This document shows positions 62,378 to 64,000 of a DNA stretch of 64,000 nucleotides, in pieces. The notes beneath the pieces are model-generated. The model made no database searches. It was not told where the DNA came from and saw only the letters and a list, made by a program, of their open reading frames with translations. The stretch is from Eledone cirrhosa. Its lineage: Eukaryota. Each line of letters starts with the position of its first letter. The first letter of the stretch is position 1. The DNA lies in the NCBI GenBank assembly GCA_964016885.1, contig OZ024755.1, forward strand, positions 2,976,001 to 3,040,000, in the 5' to 3' direction. The position numbers were made by a program, and so were the translations under genes.

Positions 62378-62916
62378 GAAGAATCAACCCCAGTACTTGA
62401 CTGGTACTTTTTTATCGACCTCGAAAGGATGAAAGGCGAAGTTAACCTCAGCGGGATCTGGACTGAGAGAGCAGTGGGTTTAAACAAATACCGCAAAGGA
62501 TTCTATCTGACATTCTAACCACTCTACCATTCTATCTGACGTTCTAACCACTCTACCATTCTATCTGACGTTCTAACGACTCTACCATTCTATCTGACGT
62601 TCTAACCACTCTACCATTCTATCTGACGTTCTAACCACTCTACCATTCTATCTGACGTTCTAACCACTCTACCATTCTATCTGACGTTCTAACCACTCTA
62701 CCATTCTATCTGACGTTCTAACCACTCTACCATTCTATCTGACGTTCTAACGACTCTACCATTCTATCTGACGTTCTAACCACTCTACCATTCTATCTGA
62801 CGTTCTAACGACTCTACCATTCTATCTGACGTTCTAACCACTCTACCATTCTATCTGACGTTCTAACAACTCTACCATTCTATCTGACGTTCTAACTATC
62901 TCTGCCAAATCGCCAT
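62378..62916 (-). mobile_element. SINE family A relative with a 29-bp head segment repeated 14 times (62500-62907)
   Basis: ATTCTATCTGACGTTCTAACCACTCTACC x14 between the SINE body and the head CTGCCAAATCGCC. Confidence 0.88.
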
Positions 62917-63086
62917 CTTATAGATGATATTTCAGAAGTTAACGCTTTCTGTTTTTATTTGCTTATCTTGTTTGTACTGTCTAGACGTTCCGTAGCTCAG
63001 AATGTTTCATAACATAATTGAACATTTGTTGAGCTCTTTTCATGAAAAATATCGAATACGTATGTATTCTATTACCGATTATATTG

Positions 63087-63138
<52 letters not shown>

Positions 63139-63260
63139 AGAAAGTGAGGCGCATACTAAATGTTATAGATAATTGTATGTATGTATATGTCTCTCTTCTC
63201 TCTGTATATATATATATATGTATATATAAATAAGATATGAAAAAATATTACACACACAGG

Positions 63261-63305
<45 letters not shown>

Positions 63306-63628
63306 GAGATGAGATGATTGTGTTGTTTTGGTATATAGAAACATCGATTATTTTTGATATATTACCAAAAGCAACTGATGCGTTTTAATGTCAGGTCTTG
63401 AGGCGTTTACCTTCGAATATTTCATTCTCTCCAAACACCTTATCTCCGTCTCTCTCCCTACGTCTCTCTCTTTCTCTCTCCTTACGTCTCTCTCTGCCTC
63501 TCACTTTCTCTCTCGCTCTCCCTCCCTACGTCTCTCTCTGCCTCTCACTTTTACTTTCTCTCTTTCTCTTATGCTCTTCACATTTCCTGTTTCTCTATAT
63601 TTGTATACTCTAATTGAAATCTCTCACT

Positions 63629-63629
<1 letters not shown>

Positions 63630-63676
<47 letters not shown>

Positions 63677-63980
63677 GTGAATATGTATTTGTATAGATAT
63701 GTGTATGTATATATATGTATTTGTATGCATGTATTTGTATGTATATGTATGTATTTGTATGTATATATATATGTGTATTTGTATGTAAATATATATGTGT
63801 ATTTGTATGTATATATATATGTGTATATGTATATATATATGTGTGTGTGTATCTGTATGTATGTATATATATATGTGTATATGTATATATATATGTGTGT
63901 GTGTATCTGTATGTATGTATATGTATGTATGTATATGTATGTATGCATATATATATAATGTGTGTGTGTGTGTGTGTATT
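63630..63980. repeat. TA/TG/TATG compound microsatellite
   Basis: Direct inspection. Confidence 0.9.
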
Positions 63981-64000
63981 ATTTGGTGTGCTTGTGTATA

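Overview
AT-rich eukaryotic DNA dominated by microsatellite and satellite arrays ((TA)n and derived units, CA, CT, GATA, triplets). The SINE sequences and repeat landscape suggest a cephalopod such as Octopus (inference). I recognise no intact host protein-coding gene, and nearly all long ORFs in the track are low-complexity translations of (TA)n. The real content is mobile DNA: a 1.5-kb open LINE reverse-transcriptase fragment, RTE-, CRE-, R4/Hero- and Penelope-type relics, a non-autonomous Helitron with intact termini, and about 20 copies of two tRNA-derived SINE families, two of which have tandemly amplified A-box heads. The most interesting signal is a set of 100-300 bp elements sitting in (TA)n tracts. 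They carry type I hammerhead ribozyme folds (intact at 18383, 23473 and 51648; variant at 30576; several decayed or half copies), and several have fold-back palindromes pivoting at ribozyme landmarks. All folds were derived by eye, and repeat boundaries are approximate.
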